DNA of 64,000 bases from Eledone cirrhosa (lineage: Eukaryota): the NCBI GenBank assembly GCA_964016885.1, contig OZ024751.1, forward strand, positions 42,780,001-42,844,000, given 5' to 3'. Positions 1-12,324 of the stretch are shown in pieces (the stretch's first letter is position 1; every line of letters begins with the position of its first letter). Both the position numbers and the translations under genes were made by a program. A model generated the notes under the pieces. That model was given only the letters and a program-made list of their open reading frames with translations. It ran no database searches and was not told where the DNA came from.

Positions 1-151
1 ACTCCTGTTGACTTCTTTCGAAGACGGGTCTTGATGATTGCGGAGAGAACTCTTTAACCATTAGGTTATGCAGCTTTCGTAACCTGTGTCTACTTACCAG
101 CCAAAGAACAAACATAGCTGAAATGATGATGTTGAAATAATAAGAAGCACA

Positions 152-290
152 TAGAGTTACGACCCTTGCCATTCTGAGTTCAAATCCAACCGAGGTTAAC
201 TTTGCCTTTCATCCTTACGGGGTCGATAAAATAAAGTACCAGTAATACACTGGATAATTGCTGGCCTTGTGCCAAAAGTAGAAACAATTA
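152..290 (+). mobile_element. 5'-truncated SINE family A (tRNA-derived head, Meta/MESC-like core)
   Basis: B-box GAGTTCAAATCC and core GCCTTTCATCCTTACGGGGTCGATAAAATAAAGTACCAG. 17-bp TSD AAATAATAAGAAGCACA at 135-151 and 291-307. Confidence 0.9.
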
Positions 291-399
291 AAATAATAAG
301 AAGCACAAACATAGATTTGAAAACATTTATTTAATATTCGAGAATATGCATGATGAAATATTTCTTTCAAATATATGCAAAAGGTCAGTAGTCTTTTGA

Positions 400-1062
400 C
401 TGGTACATTATTTTATCAACCCCAGAAGGATGAAAGATGAAGTTAGGCTCGCAGGATTTGAACTCAGAACTGAGTAAGTCATAAATAAACACCACATTTT
501 GTCGGTTACTTTACCGATACTGCCAACATTTAAATAAAAATAATGGTTTCTAATTTTGGCCAAAGCCAACAATTTTGTATGAGGGGAAGTCAATTAAATT
601 GACCCCAATACGTTACTGCTGCTATATTTTATCGACCCCGTAAGGATGAAAGGCAAAGTTAACCTCGGTGGGATTTGAACTCTGAACGTAAAGAGCCATA
701 ACTATATGCAGCAAAGGATGTTGTTCGACGCTCTACCGATACTGCCAACACTAAAATAAAATAATTGTTTCTACTATTGGCACAAGGCCAGCAATTACCC
801 AGTACATTACTGGTACTATAAAATAATGATTTCTAATTTAGATTCAAGACTAGCAATAAAGTACCAGTTATGTGCTGGTGTCATTATAAACGTCGTTTAT
901 AACGACACCAGCACATAACTGGTACTTTATTATATCAATTCCGAAAGGTTGAAAAGCATAATTGACATTAGCGCTAATCGAACAGAGAACCTAGAAGGTT
1001 GTAACAAAACACCGCAAAGCTTTTTATCTGACGCACTACCGATTCTGACAGTCCACTGCTCT
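400..1062 (-). mobile_element. cluster of older or degenerate SINE-A copies (about 400-530, 541-750, 762-818, 826-1062)
   Basis: Repeated reverse-strand cores such as ATCGACCCCGTAAGGATGAAAGGCAAAGTTAACCTCGG, GGATTTGAACTC and ACCGATACTGCCAA. Confidence 0.8.
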
Positions 1063-1452
1063 ATAATAAAACAATGCAATAAGAAAGACACACATATCTA
1101 AAAAAAATATATTTTTAATATTCGAGAATATTCTTGATGAAATATGGCGATTAATCCGTTGCTTGTGACATCTTTTTTTTATTTTATATATATTTTTTTA
1201 CTTTTTCATTGCCATAAGATTGCTTTTATTTACTGATGTAATGGAAAATACTGAGCAGTTTCTTGTTAATCCGTTCATCCAACGTATTATCGATCCACTT
1301 ACCTTTTAACTTGCCGAATACATCAGGGATAATGGCGGGTGGGACATACTCCAACAGCGTGGCAGGTAATGTCGAATAAGATGGAGATTCATTCATAAAC
1401 ATGTTGGCCTATTTATTTAACTTGAACATACCTCTGATTATCTATCAATCAA

Positions 1453-1505
<53 letters not shown>

Positions 1506-1543
1506 CTCTCTCTGTATCTCTCTATCTCTCTATCTATCTATCT

Positions 1544-1596
1544 GCCCTCGTGGCAATAAATAGAAATTTATCTATCTCTATATATATATATATACA

Positions 1597-1663
<67 letters not shown>

Positions 1664-2231
1664 TTATCTATCTATCTACTGTATATAAACCTGAAGGTTG
1701 AGGAAGATAAACAGAGGGAAGACGGGAACACCTACAAAACGTGTAGAGGTTTGTTCTATCCATGGGGTGTAAATCAACCCCGCAGGAACATTCGCCCCCT
1801 AATAGGGATTTCGATTGTTTTATTTTATATATAGTTTATTGTTATTCATCATTGTTAAAGATTTTATGTAAAACCCCCGCCGTCACGTCTTGTAATGTCC
1901 CATTTTTGTACGCCCCTGTGGCAAATAAAGATATCTATCTACAAAAATGGCCCGAGTGATTGGGCCTTCTCTGTATATAAACCTGTAGGCTGAAGATGAG
2001 AGCAAAAGGAGGAAGGGAGCACTTGCACAACATGCTCCTGAAGTTGAGGGTTGTTCTATCTACGGGGTATTAAACAACCCATTTGTAACGCCTCTCCCCT
2101 ATTGGGGATTTCGATTGTTGAATTTGTTTGTTAACAAATTTTTTTTTACACGATTGTATGTAAAATCCCCGGCATATGTCCTTGTAGTGTCCCTTTTTCT
2201 TGTGCGCCCTTGTGGCAAATAAAGAAATTTA
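1544..2231 (+). mobile_element. three tandem 5'-truncated 3' ends of a Tx1/L1-like LINE inserted in (TATC)n (1544-1570, 1678-1932, 1941-2231)
   Basis: Each ends GCCCnnGTGGCAA(A)TAAA...TATCTATC. 1941-1988 encodes TKMARVIGPSLYINL*, matching the ORF end at 39102-39149. Confidence 0.8.
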
Positions 2232-2243
2232 TCTATCTATCTA

Positions 2244-2632
2244 TGAGGGCAATCCCAAAAGTAAGGTCTCCTTCCGATATTGCAACTTTTCCGTTAAAAT
2301 CCTGTGGATGGTGCTTCGGGAAACCTCAGGAACCAAAATGCAGAGAGCATCCAGAGTGATCCGCCCATCTTTACGCATGTTTTCCTCGGAAGGAGACCTT
2401 ACTTTTGGGATTGCCCTCGTATATAATAACTGCGCGAAATTCGCACTTGGCGGTAGCGTTCAACGGGAGCTCCATTCTGAACGGCTGCCAGGCCAAGATT
2501 GAGCATCGAAGCGCGCGCATGCTTGTTTGGGAGTGAAGGAAGCACCAATTACAACAGTGTTGCCAACAGCCGTACAAACAGTTTCTCTGCGTCCCCATCG
2601 CTTTGGAGACCTTACTTTTGGGATTACCCTCG
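2244..2632 (-). mobile_element. internally deleted mariner transposon with three TIR copies
   Basis: TIR (T/C)GAGGG(C/T)AATCCCAAAAGTAAGGTCTCC at 2244, inverted at about 2392-2419 and 2605-2632, flanked by TA. Minus-strand peptides MELPLNATAKCEFRAVI (ATG at 2475) and EENMRKDGRITLDALCILVPEVSRSTIHRILTEKLQYRK resemble the mariner N-terminal HTH region. Confidence 0.85.
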
Positions 2633-2911
2633 TATCTATCTGCCTGTCTGTCTATGTATCTACTTTTTCATGTTTTGTGGGTTAACAATTAAATGATGAA
2701 TCAATGTAAGCATTACATCCAGTATACCAGTAATATCCAGTGGTTTATCCAGTAGCCTATCCAATTATAGTACAACCAATCTATTCCCTGGTCTATAAAC
2801 GATCTAATCAGACATGAATTGTTTAGTCTAACTAAATAAGGAAGTCTAGTAATTTTCCACACATTTATCTTTTTACAATGAATTCCAGCAATTTGACAAT
2901 AGTTAATTTCT

Positions 2912-3045
<134 letters not shown>

Positions 3046-3187
3046 GGGTGTCTTATATATATATAATATATATATAATATTTAAGACATTTTCCAAACAC
3101 CATTTTTCAGATTACACGGGACAATGAGTACTTTGATGTCGTCGTTGTAGTAGTGGTAGTAGTAGTAATGGTGGTAGTAGCAGCAGC

Positions 3188-3233
<46 letters not shown>

Positions 3234-3492
3234 TGATCAGCAGCAATCTTTGATCTGATCTGATATATCTATAAAGCCGATATCTCCTGCTGATAGTAAA
3301 CATGAAAAATACAGAAGACATTTATTTATATAACAAAATCATTAAAAAAAAACAACACCATACCATCAGCAACTACAACAACAACAACATATACAACAAC
3401 AACACCAACAACAACAAGATAATATTAATAACGATGATGACGATGATGATGATAATAACTATAATAAAAATAAAACAATATTATAACAATGA

Positions 3493-3659
3493 TAATTGTT
3501 TCTACTTTAGGCACAAGGCCAGCAGTTACTCCAGTGCATTACTGGTACTTTATTTTATCGACCCCGTAAGGATGAAAGGCAAAGTCAACCTCGACGGGAT
3601 TTGAACTCAGATCGTAAAGGGACGTAACTATGCTGGAAAGCATGGCGTCCGACCCTCTA
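3493..3659 (-). mobile_element. SINE family A copy
   Basis: Near-identical reverse complement of most of 32508-32696. Confidence 0.9.
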
Positions 3660-3780
3660 TGATAATGATAATGATGACGAGGACGAGGACGACGATGATA
3701 ATGATGATGATGATGGTGATGATGATGATGATGATGATGATGGTGACGTTTGCAGATGATAATGATGACGTTGACGATGG

Positions 3781-3815
<35 letters not shown>

Positions 3816-3920
3816 TTGATGATGATGAAGGTGATGATGATGATAGTGATGATGCTGCTGTTGATATTAATGATGCTGCTGTTGCTGCTGTTGCTGCTGC
3901 TGCTGCTGATGATGATGATA
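3660..3920. repeat. (GAT)n/(GCT)n trinucleotide tract
   Basis: Direct inspection. Confidence 0.95.
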
Positions 3921-4354
3921 ATCTGGTTTAATGGTCCTGGTGAAAAACAATGATTAATAACATTGGCCTTCGATTGTAGTAAAAAAAATATGGCGTCTCC
4001 GTTTACTTCTTTATCGTTTTACTGAGCCAACAAAGCCTGGACAATAAAACAGATAGATTTAAGAACTTAAACAAATTTCGCTCAGACTATAAAATATTGT
4101 CAGTTTTTTTTTATGGCAAAGGTCTTTGCAATTTTTTATATAACAGGTTTTCTTCTGGAGATTTCTAGATTTTTTTTTTAATCTATCTATCGTTATAGTT
4201 TTACATATTTTTTGTTTGGTTCATGCTTTAAAAATATGTTCCATGAGATATTATAAATTATTTTGTAATGTAAATTTTGTATTTCATCCTCTTTCTTTCT
4301 GAATGTTGTATGTCATCAGAGACATTTGCAGTGATTTATAATATCTACTGTTAG

Positions 4355-4523
4355 AACACACAAGAGAAAAAGCCTGTTATATTTCTAACTATGAGTATGT
4401 ATTGGCCACTCTCTGACAGAGCTATGCTTGAGCCTGTGGCTGTGGAGTCTTCCGGTTTCCTTGGTCCCCATCGGACCACATCCTTGCTCACTGCTATCAG
4501 AGCGTTGTTGGCGACCCCACAAG
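4355..4523 (+). other. candidate exon, possibly the decayed tail-anchor exon of the Bcl-2 pseudogene
   Basis: Non-repetitive, GC-richer block between AG (4353-4354 or 4418-4419) and AAG|GTACAT (4524). One frame is fully open (NTQEKKPVIFLTMSMYWPLSDRAMLEPV...). The phase-2 frame from 4355 gives KRKSLLYF*L*VCIGHSLTELCLSLWLWS, which is TM-like but has stops. Confidence 0.3.
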
Positions 4524-4630
4524 GTACATGTGTATTTCATAATGAAATCACTTCTACAGGATTAGAAATGTTTCATTCGTTTGAAATCACATAGAAATTA
4601 AAATAATTTTGACCGAAGTCGGTATTTATA

Positions 4631-4682
<52 letters not shown>

Positions 4683-4699
4683 GTATATATGTAATGTAC

Positions 4700-4791
<92 letters not shown>

Positions 4792-4856
4792 GTGTGCATG
4801 ATGCATATATTATATATATATATTATATATATATATAATATATGCATCATGCACAC

Positions 4857-4927
<71 letters not shown>

Positions 4928-4989
4928 GGAGAGCAAGAACGCGAGAGAGCGAGAGAGAGAAAGAGTGAGTGAGAGAGAGATAGATAGTT

Positions 4990-5020
<31 letters not shown>

Positions 5021-5394
5021 TAGAGAGAGAGAGGAGTGAGGGAGAGAAGGAGAGAGAGAGAGAGAGATATGAAATACCTTGTAGCTAGTAATAGTAAATC
5101 TCAAAAACATACGTTCCTCATTTATCTAATCCCTGGAGTAAAGTTAATTTTAGTTTATCTCCAGTTATTTTCATGTTTATCTCGATAAAATAATATTTCG
5201 AAACATTCCGTTTCATAATCGCCATCTTGTAGTTTCAGATTTTGTAGCTTTTCATTCTTTTATTTCTTTAACGTTAGTAAACTTGGTAACTAGGTATCCA
5301 TGTCTGTCTCTATGTCTGTCTGTCTGATTCCTCATCACCTCCCCCATTTTTCTCTACTTTTTTATTTTTATTTCTCTCCTTCTCTTCCTCTTTT

Positions 5395-5445
<51 letters not shown>

Positions 5446-5534
5446 TGTATATATATGTATATATTATATATATACATATACTTAAATATATAAATATATG
5501 AATGAATATATTTATATACATATATAAATATATA

Positions 5535-5654
<120 letters not shown>

Positions 5655-6314
5655 AAATATGCAGGCTTCTGTGAATAACTATGTACGCTGCAGCCACTAC
5701 CAAGAACATCATCTAAAATCCTGCTGTTGTGAGATGGAACTGAGGTAGATAAGGTATCACTAGGGAAGATAAGCTTCCAAGGAATCGCTGTGTTTAGCGA
5801 AGTGTTTAATTATACAGCAGAAAAAAAATAAATATGAAAAGACAGAGGAAAAATCAAAATGGTATCTACGCATATGTCGCTAGATAAAAACAAAACAAGA
5901 TAAAATAAGTAAAAAATAAAAAATAAAATATTGAGCAAACAGGAAAATATATTTTAGTAACAAAACAAAGTCGTTTCTCAGTAATTATATAGGCAAAAGT
6001 AGAATGAAGATTTCAAAGATGTGTTATTTTAATTTAACAGTCGGCCATAAATGTTGGTGTCTAATTTATGTAGGCAAAATATGATTGCAGCATATATTGG
6101 TGAACAAAACAGATATTTTCAATTCTCACCTTCTCTCCGTTATTATCATTAATATTATTATTTTTATTGTTGTTTTTGTTGTTGTTGTCCTTGTTGTGGT
6201 GTCTGTTCTGTCGTGTTTTTTAGTCTCACACCTTTTGGTTATTTGTTTATTCTTTTGGCTATTTCCTATTCTATTGCATTATAAATATTAATATATATAC
6301 TTATATATATATAT

Positions 6315-6453
6315 TAGTCCGAGCTGAAGATCCGCATAAGGTGAAACAATTGTTCTCGGTATGGTGAACTAACTCTTCCCATGGACTGAGTGCTCTACCA
6401 CTACTGATATAGCCCTCCAGTGTTCTACCTTTCTCCCTCTCTCTATATATATA

Positions 6454-6509
<56 letters not shown>

Positions 6510-6588
6510 GTAGAACACTGGAAGGTAATATCCGTAGTGGTAGAGCACTCAGTCCATGGGACGAGTTAACTGTTGTGTAACCACTTCT
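6315..6588 (+). mobile_element. family H4 element with an inverted partial copy across a (TA)n tract
   Basis: 6378-6429 is inverted at 6509-6560. Flanked by TA on both sides. Related to 40116-40252. Confidence 0.7.
6319..6359 (+). ncRNA. minimal type-I hammerhead ribozyme (family H4)
   Basis: CCGAG-CTGAAGA-TCCGCATAAGGT-GAAA-CAATTG-TT-CTCGG: perfect 5-bp stem I, palindromic stem III, GUU cleavage triplet. Confidence 0.8.
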
Positions 6589-6612
6589 ATGTATATATAT
6601 ATATATATATAT

Positions 6613-7106
6613 AGATTTTGAGTTTATGTTGGTTGTATACCAACACCTCAGTATGCAGCCTGGAGCACTCGACGAAGTGCGCAGGTTGGTTTGGTTACTC
6701 CGGAGTAGTATAAAATAAAGTTAAATAAAAAGTCAAATGATTAAAATTTAGCTTCGTTTATTACTGCTATATATATTTCAGTGACAGCCATCTTTGGCTG
6801 TGACCTCTTCAGGCAGTTTGAATTAGTATGGTATAGACAAGTACATATGTTGTTGAGGTGTATAATATTGTCAATACTCTGATATGATTCCAGTTCCTCA
6901 ATGAAATAACAACCCAACCAGGAACTGGGCATATCAAAGTATTGACAATATCATACACCTCAACAACATATGTACTTGTCTATACCATACTAATTCAAAC
7001 TGCCTGAAGAGGTCACAGCCAATGATGGCTGTCACTGAAATATATATAGCAGTAATAAACGAAGCTAAATTTTAATCATTTGACTTTTTATTTAACTTTA
7101 TTTTAT
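6613..7106. mobile_element. family H3 fold-back element in (TA)n, with an HHR on each strand
   Basis: Arms at about 6710-6890 and 6920-7107 are inverted; unique tail 6613-6709. HHRs at 6763-6817 (-) and 6999-7053 (+). Confidence 0.85.
6999..7053 (+). ncRNA. type-I hammerhead ribozyme (family H3); mirror copy 6763-6817 on the - strand
   Basis: ACTGC-CTGAAGA-GGTCACAGCCA..TGGCTGTCACT-GAAA-TATATATA-GCAGT-AATAAA. Confidence 0.85.
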
Positions 7107-7329
7107 ATATATATATATATATGTGACAAAAACCATAGACCCTCCATCTCAACTCTACTTTTGAAAAGCAGAAGAACTGCGTAACCGGTAAAGGAACCAA
7201 ATAAATACACGTATATATATTTTTTTAAAAATAAGACTCCAGTTGCATTTTCGATTTCATTTTTCTTTCTTTATACTTTCACTCGTGTAGGACACCTCAG
7301 TTATTTTTCATTTTGTAAAACAACCTCAC

Positions 7330-7386
<57 letters not shown>

Positions 7387-7749
7387 CTTAAAAATCTTAT
7401 ATAACCGGAACTATTCATTTAGCAAATTTTAAAGGAATGGAAAGATCCTACGTCAGTGTCAACGATAGCAGATCTTTATTTTTTCGTCCCGTTTTGTCGA
7501 ACTGCTAAGTTACGTGTCATAAATACTGAGAAATACAAGAACGTAAACACAAACACACACATACATACACACATACATACATAAATACATGCACAAGAAG
7601 AACAACAACAACAGAAACACCAAACAACATGGTAGATACGGACATTATTATATTTAGATAATAAATGGTTATAGATAATTATAGTGTTGCCTGGGTCTGG
7701 CTGTGTGTCTTCTTCCGACACTCAGCCTACGTTATACCAGTAACAACAC

Positions 7750-8510
7750 ACCCACCACCACCACCACCACCATCACCACACCACCATACCACCATACCAC
7801 CACCACCATACCACCATACCACCACCTCCTCCACCACCTCCACCATACCACCATACCACCACCACCACCACCATACCACCACCACCTCCACCACCACCAC
7901 CATCACCACCGCCACCACCACCATACCACCATACCACCATACAACCACCACCACCACCACCACCACCATACCAGCACCACTACGACCACCACCACCACCA
8001 TCATCATGTCACCATGCCACCATACCACCGTACCACCACCACCATCCCACCATACCACCACCACCACCACCACCACCACCTTCATCACCACCACCACCAC
8101 CACCACCTTCACCACCACCACCACCACCACCACCACCACCACCACCATGCCACCATACCGCCACCATACCACCATGCCACCATACCGCCACCACCACCAC
8201 CACCACCATACCACCACCATGCCACCATACCGCCACCACCACCACCACCACCATACCACCACCATGCCACCATACCGCCACCACCACCACCACCACCATA
8301 CCACCACCATGCCACCATACCACCACCACCACCACTATACCACCACCATGCCACCATACCACCACCACCACCACCATCCCACCATACCACCATACCACCA
8401 CCACCACCACCACCACCACCACCTTCATCACCACCACCACCACCACCTTCATCACCACCACCACCACCACCACCACCACCTTCACCACCACCACCACCAC
8501 CACCACCACG
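7750..8510. repeat. (CCA)n tract with a higher-order unit of about 42 bp
   Basis: CCACCATGCCACCATACCG recurs from about 8141, with 42-bp spacing between the copies at 8214 and 8256. Confidence 0.9.
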
Positions 8511-8611
8511 ACCGTTCGTTCCCCAAATATATTGTAAGTCATTCAAGTTAAAAGGAAATACGACCCGTCCCCAGTTATTAATTTCTCATTGTACATCAAC
8601 AAATAAATCAG

Positions 8612-8653
<42 letters not shown>

Positions 8654-8671
8654 TATATATATATATGTGTG

Positions 8672-8723
<52 letters not shown>

Positions 8724-8834
8724 TATATATATATATGTGTGTATGTATATATATATATATATATATACATACACACATATATATATATATATGTGTGTAT
8801 GTATATATATATATATATATATATACATACACAC

Positions 8835-8865
<31 letters not shown>

Positions 8866-8876
8866 TACATACACAC

Positions 8877-8967
<91 letters not shown>

Positions 8968-9169
8968 CATATTTGATATTTTTTATCTGTTTGTCCCGAA
9001 TCTTCCTCTATCGATTTTAAATCGTATGGTTGATTGTAGACTTGTTCTATATGTGACGGTATTTTAACGATAGTTATAGCTCTGATTCATCTGAATTATT
9101 GAGCCCTCTGCCGCTCATGTCGAATCTCGTTTATCGTGAACTCGTGCGCCGATTTTTCGATACTCGATC

Positions 9170-9200
<31 letters not shown>

Positions 9201-9344
9201 CATACACACACACACATATATACAATATATATATACATATATACACACATATATATACATATATACACACACACACACACATATATACATATATATATAT
9301 ATATATATATGTGTGTATGTGTGTGAGATGAGGCTAATAGTAAT

Positions 9345-9430
9345 ATTTGTTTCTACTTTCGGCACAAGGCCAGCAATTATCCCAGTGTATTACTGGTACT
9401 TTATTTTATCGACCCCGTAAGGATGAAAGG
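9345..9430 (-). mobile_element. SINE-A 3' fragment
   Basis: TTGTTTCTACTTTCGGCACAAGGCCAGCAATT...CCCCGTAAGGATGAAAGG. Confidence 0.8.
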
Positions 9431-9752
9431 TACCAACCTCATAATGATATATAGATGTAAAGAGAAAGAGAGAGAAAGAGTATCGAGGAGGAGACCACAT
9501 GTCAGGGGAGTACTCTATGTCGAGTACAAGTCTAAACCACTTGCCTCCTATCTTCACCTCCCACCTCTCTCTCTCTTTCTACACACACACATACATGTTG
9601 CTGTTGCTCTTGTTGTTGTTCCTGTCATGCCATGTCAAGTGACATGGCCGTATAATCCCACCTCATCCTTGAAGATCCTTAACAGATAAGCATTAAACCA
9701 AGCCTAATTCGCCCTCAAACTTGTCGGACCCCTCGTAAATAAGATACAAGCC

Positions 9753-9782
<30 letters not shown>

Positions 9783-9784
<2 letters not shown>

Positions 9785-10184
9785 ATAAAAAGTCAAATGT
9801 TTAAAATTTAGCTTCGTTTATTACTGCTATATATATTTCAGTGACAGCCATCTTTGGCTGTGACCTCTTCAGGCAGTTTGAATTAGTGTGGTATAGACAA
9901 GTACATAAGTTGTTGAGGTGTATTGACAATATTATACACCTCAACAACATATATACTTGTCTATACCACACTAATTCAAACTGCCTGAAGAGGTCACAGC
10001 CAAAGATGGCTGTCACTGAAATATATATAGCAGTAATAAACGAAGCTAAATTTTAAACATTTGACTTTTTATTTAACTTTATTTTATACTACTCCGGAGT
10101 AACCAAACCAACCTGCGCACTTCGTCGAGTGCTCCAGCCTGCATACTGAGGTGTTGGTATACAACCAACATATACTCAAAATCT
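9783..10184. mobile_element. family H3 fold-back element (second copy, opposite orientation)
   Basis: Arms of about 140 bp (9783-9924 and 9935-10074), tail 10075-10184 matching the reverse complement of 6613-6722, flanked by TA. Confidence 0.85.
9980..10034 (+). ncRNA. type-I hammerhead ribozyme (family H3); mirror copy 9823-9877 on the - strand
   Basis: ACTGC 9980-9984, CTGAAGA 9985-9991, stem II, GAAA 10018-10021, TATATATA, GCAGT 10030-10034, AATAAA 10035. Confidence 0.85.
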
Positions 10185-10210
10185 ATCTATCTCTCTCTAT
10201 ATATATATAT

Positions 10211-10506
10211 ATGTACACGCACATACATATATGTATACAGACGCACAGTAGTATGTAACAAACGAGCAACGATGGTTGCTAGACACTACGGCTTAATACG
10301 GGATGTTTGTTTACAAACACACCGAGCATTATAATAAATGTTCGGTGAATCTATACGTACATATATATATGTATGCATGTATGTATATATATATACATAC
10401 TGCTGTGCGTCTGTATACATATATGTATGTACGTGTACATACTTATATTTAAGTAACAGCCGTACTAAGAGTGGGAAATGAAATTTCGTTTCATTTTTTT
10501 CCGTTT
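10211..10506 (+). mobile_element. family H7 element 3' part with a 47-bp fold-back arm
   Basis: 10258-10444 matches 29812-30005; 10211-10257 is inverted at 10394-10440. Confidence 0.75.
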
Positions 10507-10517
10507 ATATATATATA

Positions 10518-10578
<61 letters not shown>

Positions 10579-10695
10579 AATTTTACTGTTGAATGCTCAG
10601 CAACATTTACGATAATTTAGCGTGTAGCTAGTTCGGTTGATTTAATCAACCGAACCATTCATTGTATGTTCTATAACAACAACAATACACACATA

Positions 10696-10784
<89 letters not shown>

Positions 10785-10786
<2 letters not shown>

Positions 10787-10984
10787 CGAAGGAGTTGTGG
10801 TAAGGAACCAGGTGGACCATAACGCACCAGTGTACTCGATACTTTGTGTAGTAGAGTGGGTAATAGGAAAAGGTTCAGGACCCCCGACGGCAGAGCTCAA
10901 GCCCTTTCCACGGCTATTTCTTGACTGTCCAGAAATAGCCGTCGAAACGATTGAGCCCTGCCGTCGGGGTTCGGAACCTTTTCT
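10785..10984 (-). mobile_element. family H1 hairpin+tail element in (TA)n
   Basis: Tail AACGAAGG...GTGGGTAATAGG followed by a hairpin of about 120 bp containing GCCGTCGAAAC. Confidence 0.85.
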
Positions 10985-11187
10985 CACACACACACCACAC
11001 ACACTTATATATAAATATATATATTTCGGCAGCATGTCGGATGTCCCAGAGATGGAAATGATTTGATTTGAGCCAGACGCCTTGAGTCAGGTCTATCACA
11101 TCGATAAAATCCTCCAATCAATTATATGTGAAACATATGTAATGTTCGATATGCAATAAAACATTTTACAGTGAAACTTCGTTATCT

Positions 11188-11262
<75 letters not shown>

Positions 11263-11337
11263 ATAAATGATTCAACACAACGAAGTATTGTCAATGTTTG
11301 TAGGTGTTATTAAATAAAAATAATAATAACAATATAT

Positions 11338-11369
<32 letters not shown>

Positions 11370-12127
11370 TTAATACAATAACAGAGATAGCTTAAAGCTA
11401 AACTCTGACTGGTAACCATCTCACTCAACAAACATTAGGTTATATGTTAGTATAAACCTAATTTAAGTGTTTGGGGTGCTAACTATATGTATTATGTGGA
11501 AAGCCAGTTGTATTATTTTATGAGATATAATTAAAGTTAAAATATATCTCTCTTTCCAAACAATTGTTTCATTATAAGTTTTCTACAAATTAGGAGAATG
11601 TTTCCAGTTTATGTAGAAGCCTAACATATATTCATGTAAGAATATATTTAGGTGGGCGTTTATAAATCATCAGTGGAAACCCATTAAACTTTGATATAAG
11701 AAAAAATTCTTACCGCAGTTAAAAATCGTGTCTGCTAAGCTGCTCCCTCACGTATCGAATGACCGCCAAATTTGAAATTCCAGCAGTTTTTGACTGAGGA
11801 AGTATTATAGCGTCACGAAGCGGGAAGGGGAGACAACCAATACACGAGAAAAGAAAAAATAATATTCACGCGGGTTAATTAGTTTTTTTCAAAAAACATT
11901 ATCAATCCAACGTGTTAAGAACTCAATTGAAATAAAAAAAATAAATAAATGCATGCGTGTATTAATTACACACGCATATAGATATTTTCTAATATATTCT
12001 ATATGCAAATGTATGTATTTAAACATATGTTTAACATCACCTTTTCATATGAAAAGTAAACTGCATACAGATGTAAATCGTGTCTACAGATAACCACACA
12101 CACACACATATACATATATATACATAT

Positions 12128-12167
<40 letters not shown>

Positions 12168-12226
12168 TTATGCATATATACACGTCCACACACACTTACA
12201 CACACACACCCACACACACATATATT

Positions 12227-12257
<31 letters not shown>

Positions 12258-12263
12258 TATTGT

Positions 12264-12321
<58 letters not shown>

Positions 12322-12324
<3 letters not shown>

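Larger units (their letters stand above)
1..1365 (+). pseudogene. Bcl-2-family pseudogene (pre-BH1 segment duplicated, BH2 segment with in-frame stop, SINE insertion)
   Basis: 1256-1365 reads QFLVNPFIQRIIDPLTF*LAEYIRDNGGWDILQQRG. It aligns without gaps to Bcl-xL [32 protein letters not shown] (recalled from memory) and has TAA at 1307-1309. After removing the SINE at 152-290 and allowing a 1-nt frameshift, 135-383 reads IIRSTNIDLKTF(Y)LIFENMHDEIF, similar to HITPGTAYQSFEQVVNELF. A second copy, AIRKTHISKKNIFLIFENILDEI, lies at 1076-1144. GT donor-like sites occur at 384 and 1366. Confidence 0.65.

Noticed and set aside
1-1408. Phase-compatible minus-strand two-exon reading (1408-1303 plus 117-1: ...LLEYVPPAIIPDVFGKLKAMFVLWLVSRHRLRK...)
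   Set aside because: It has a GTAAGT donor and a TTTCAG acceptor, but no recognisable homology, and it overlaps the more convincing plus-strand Bcl-2 match. It cannot be excluded without RNA data.
11655-11680. CTGATGA on the minus strand in a TA-adjacent island
   Set aside because: No GAAA or stem II partner found.
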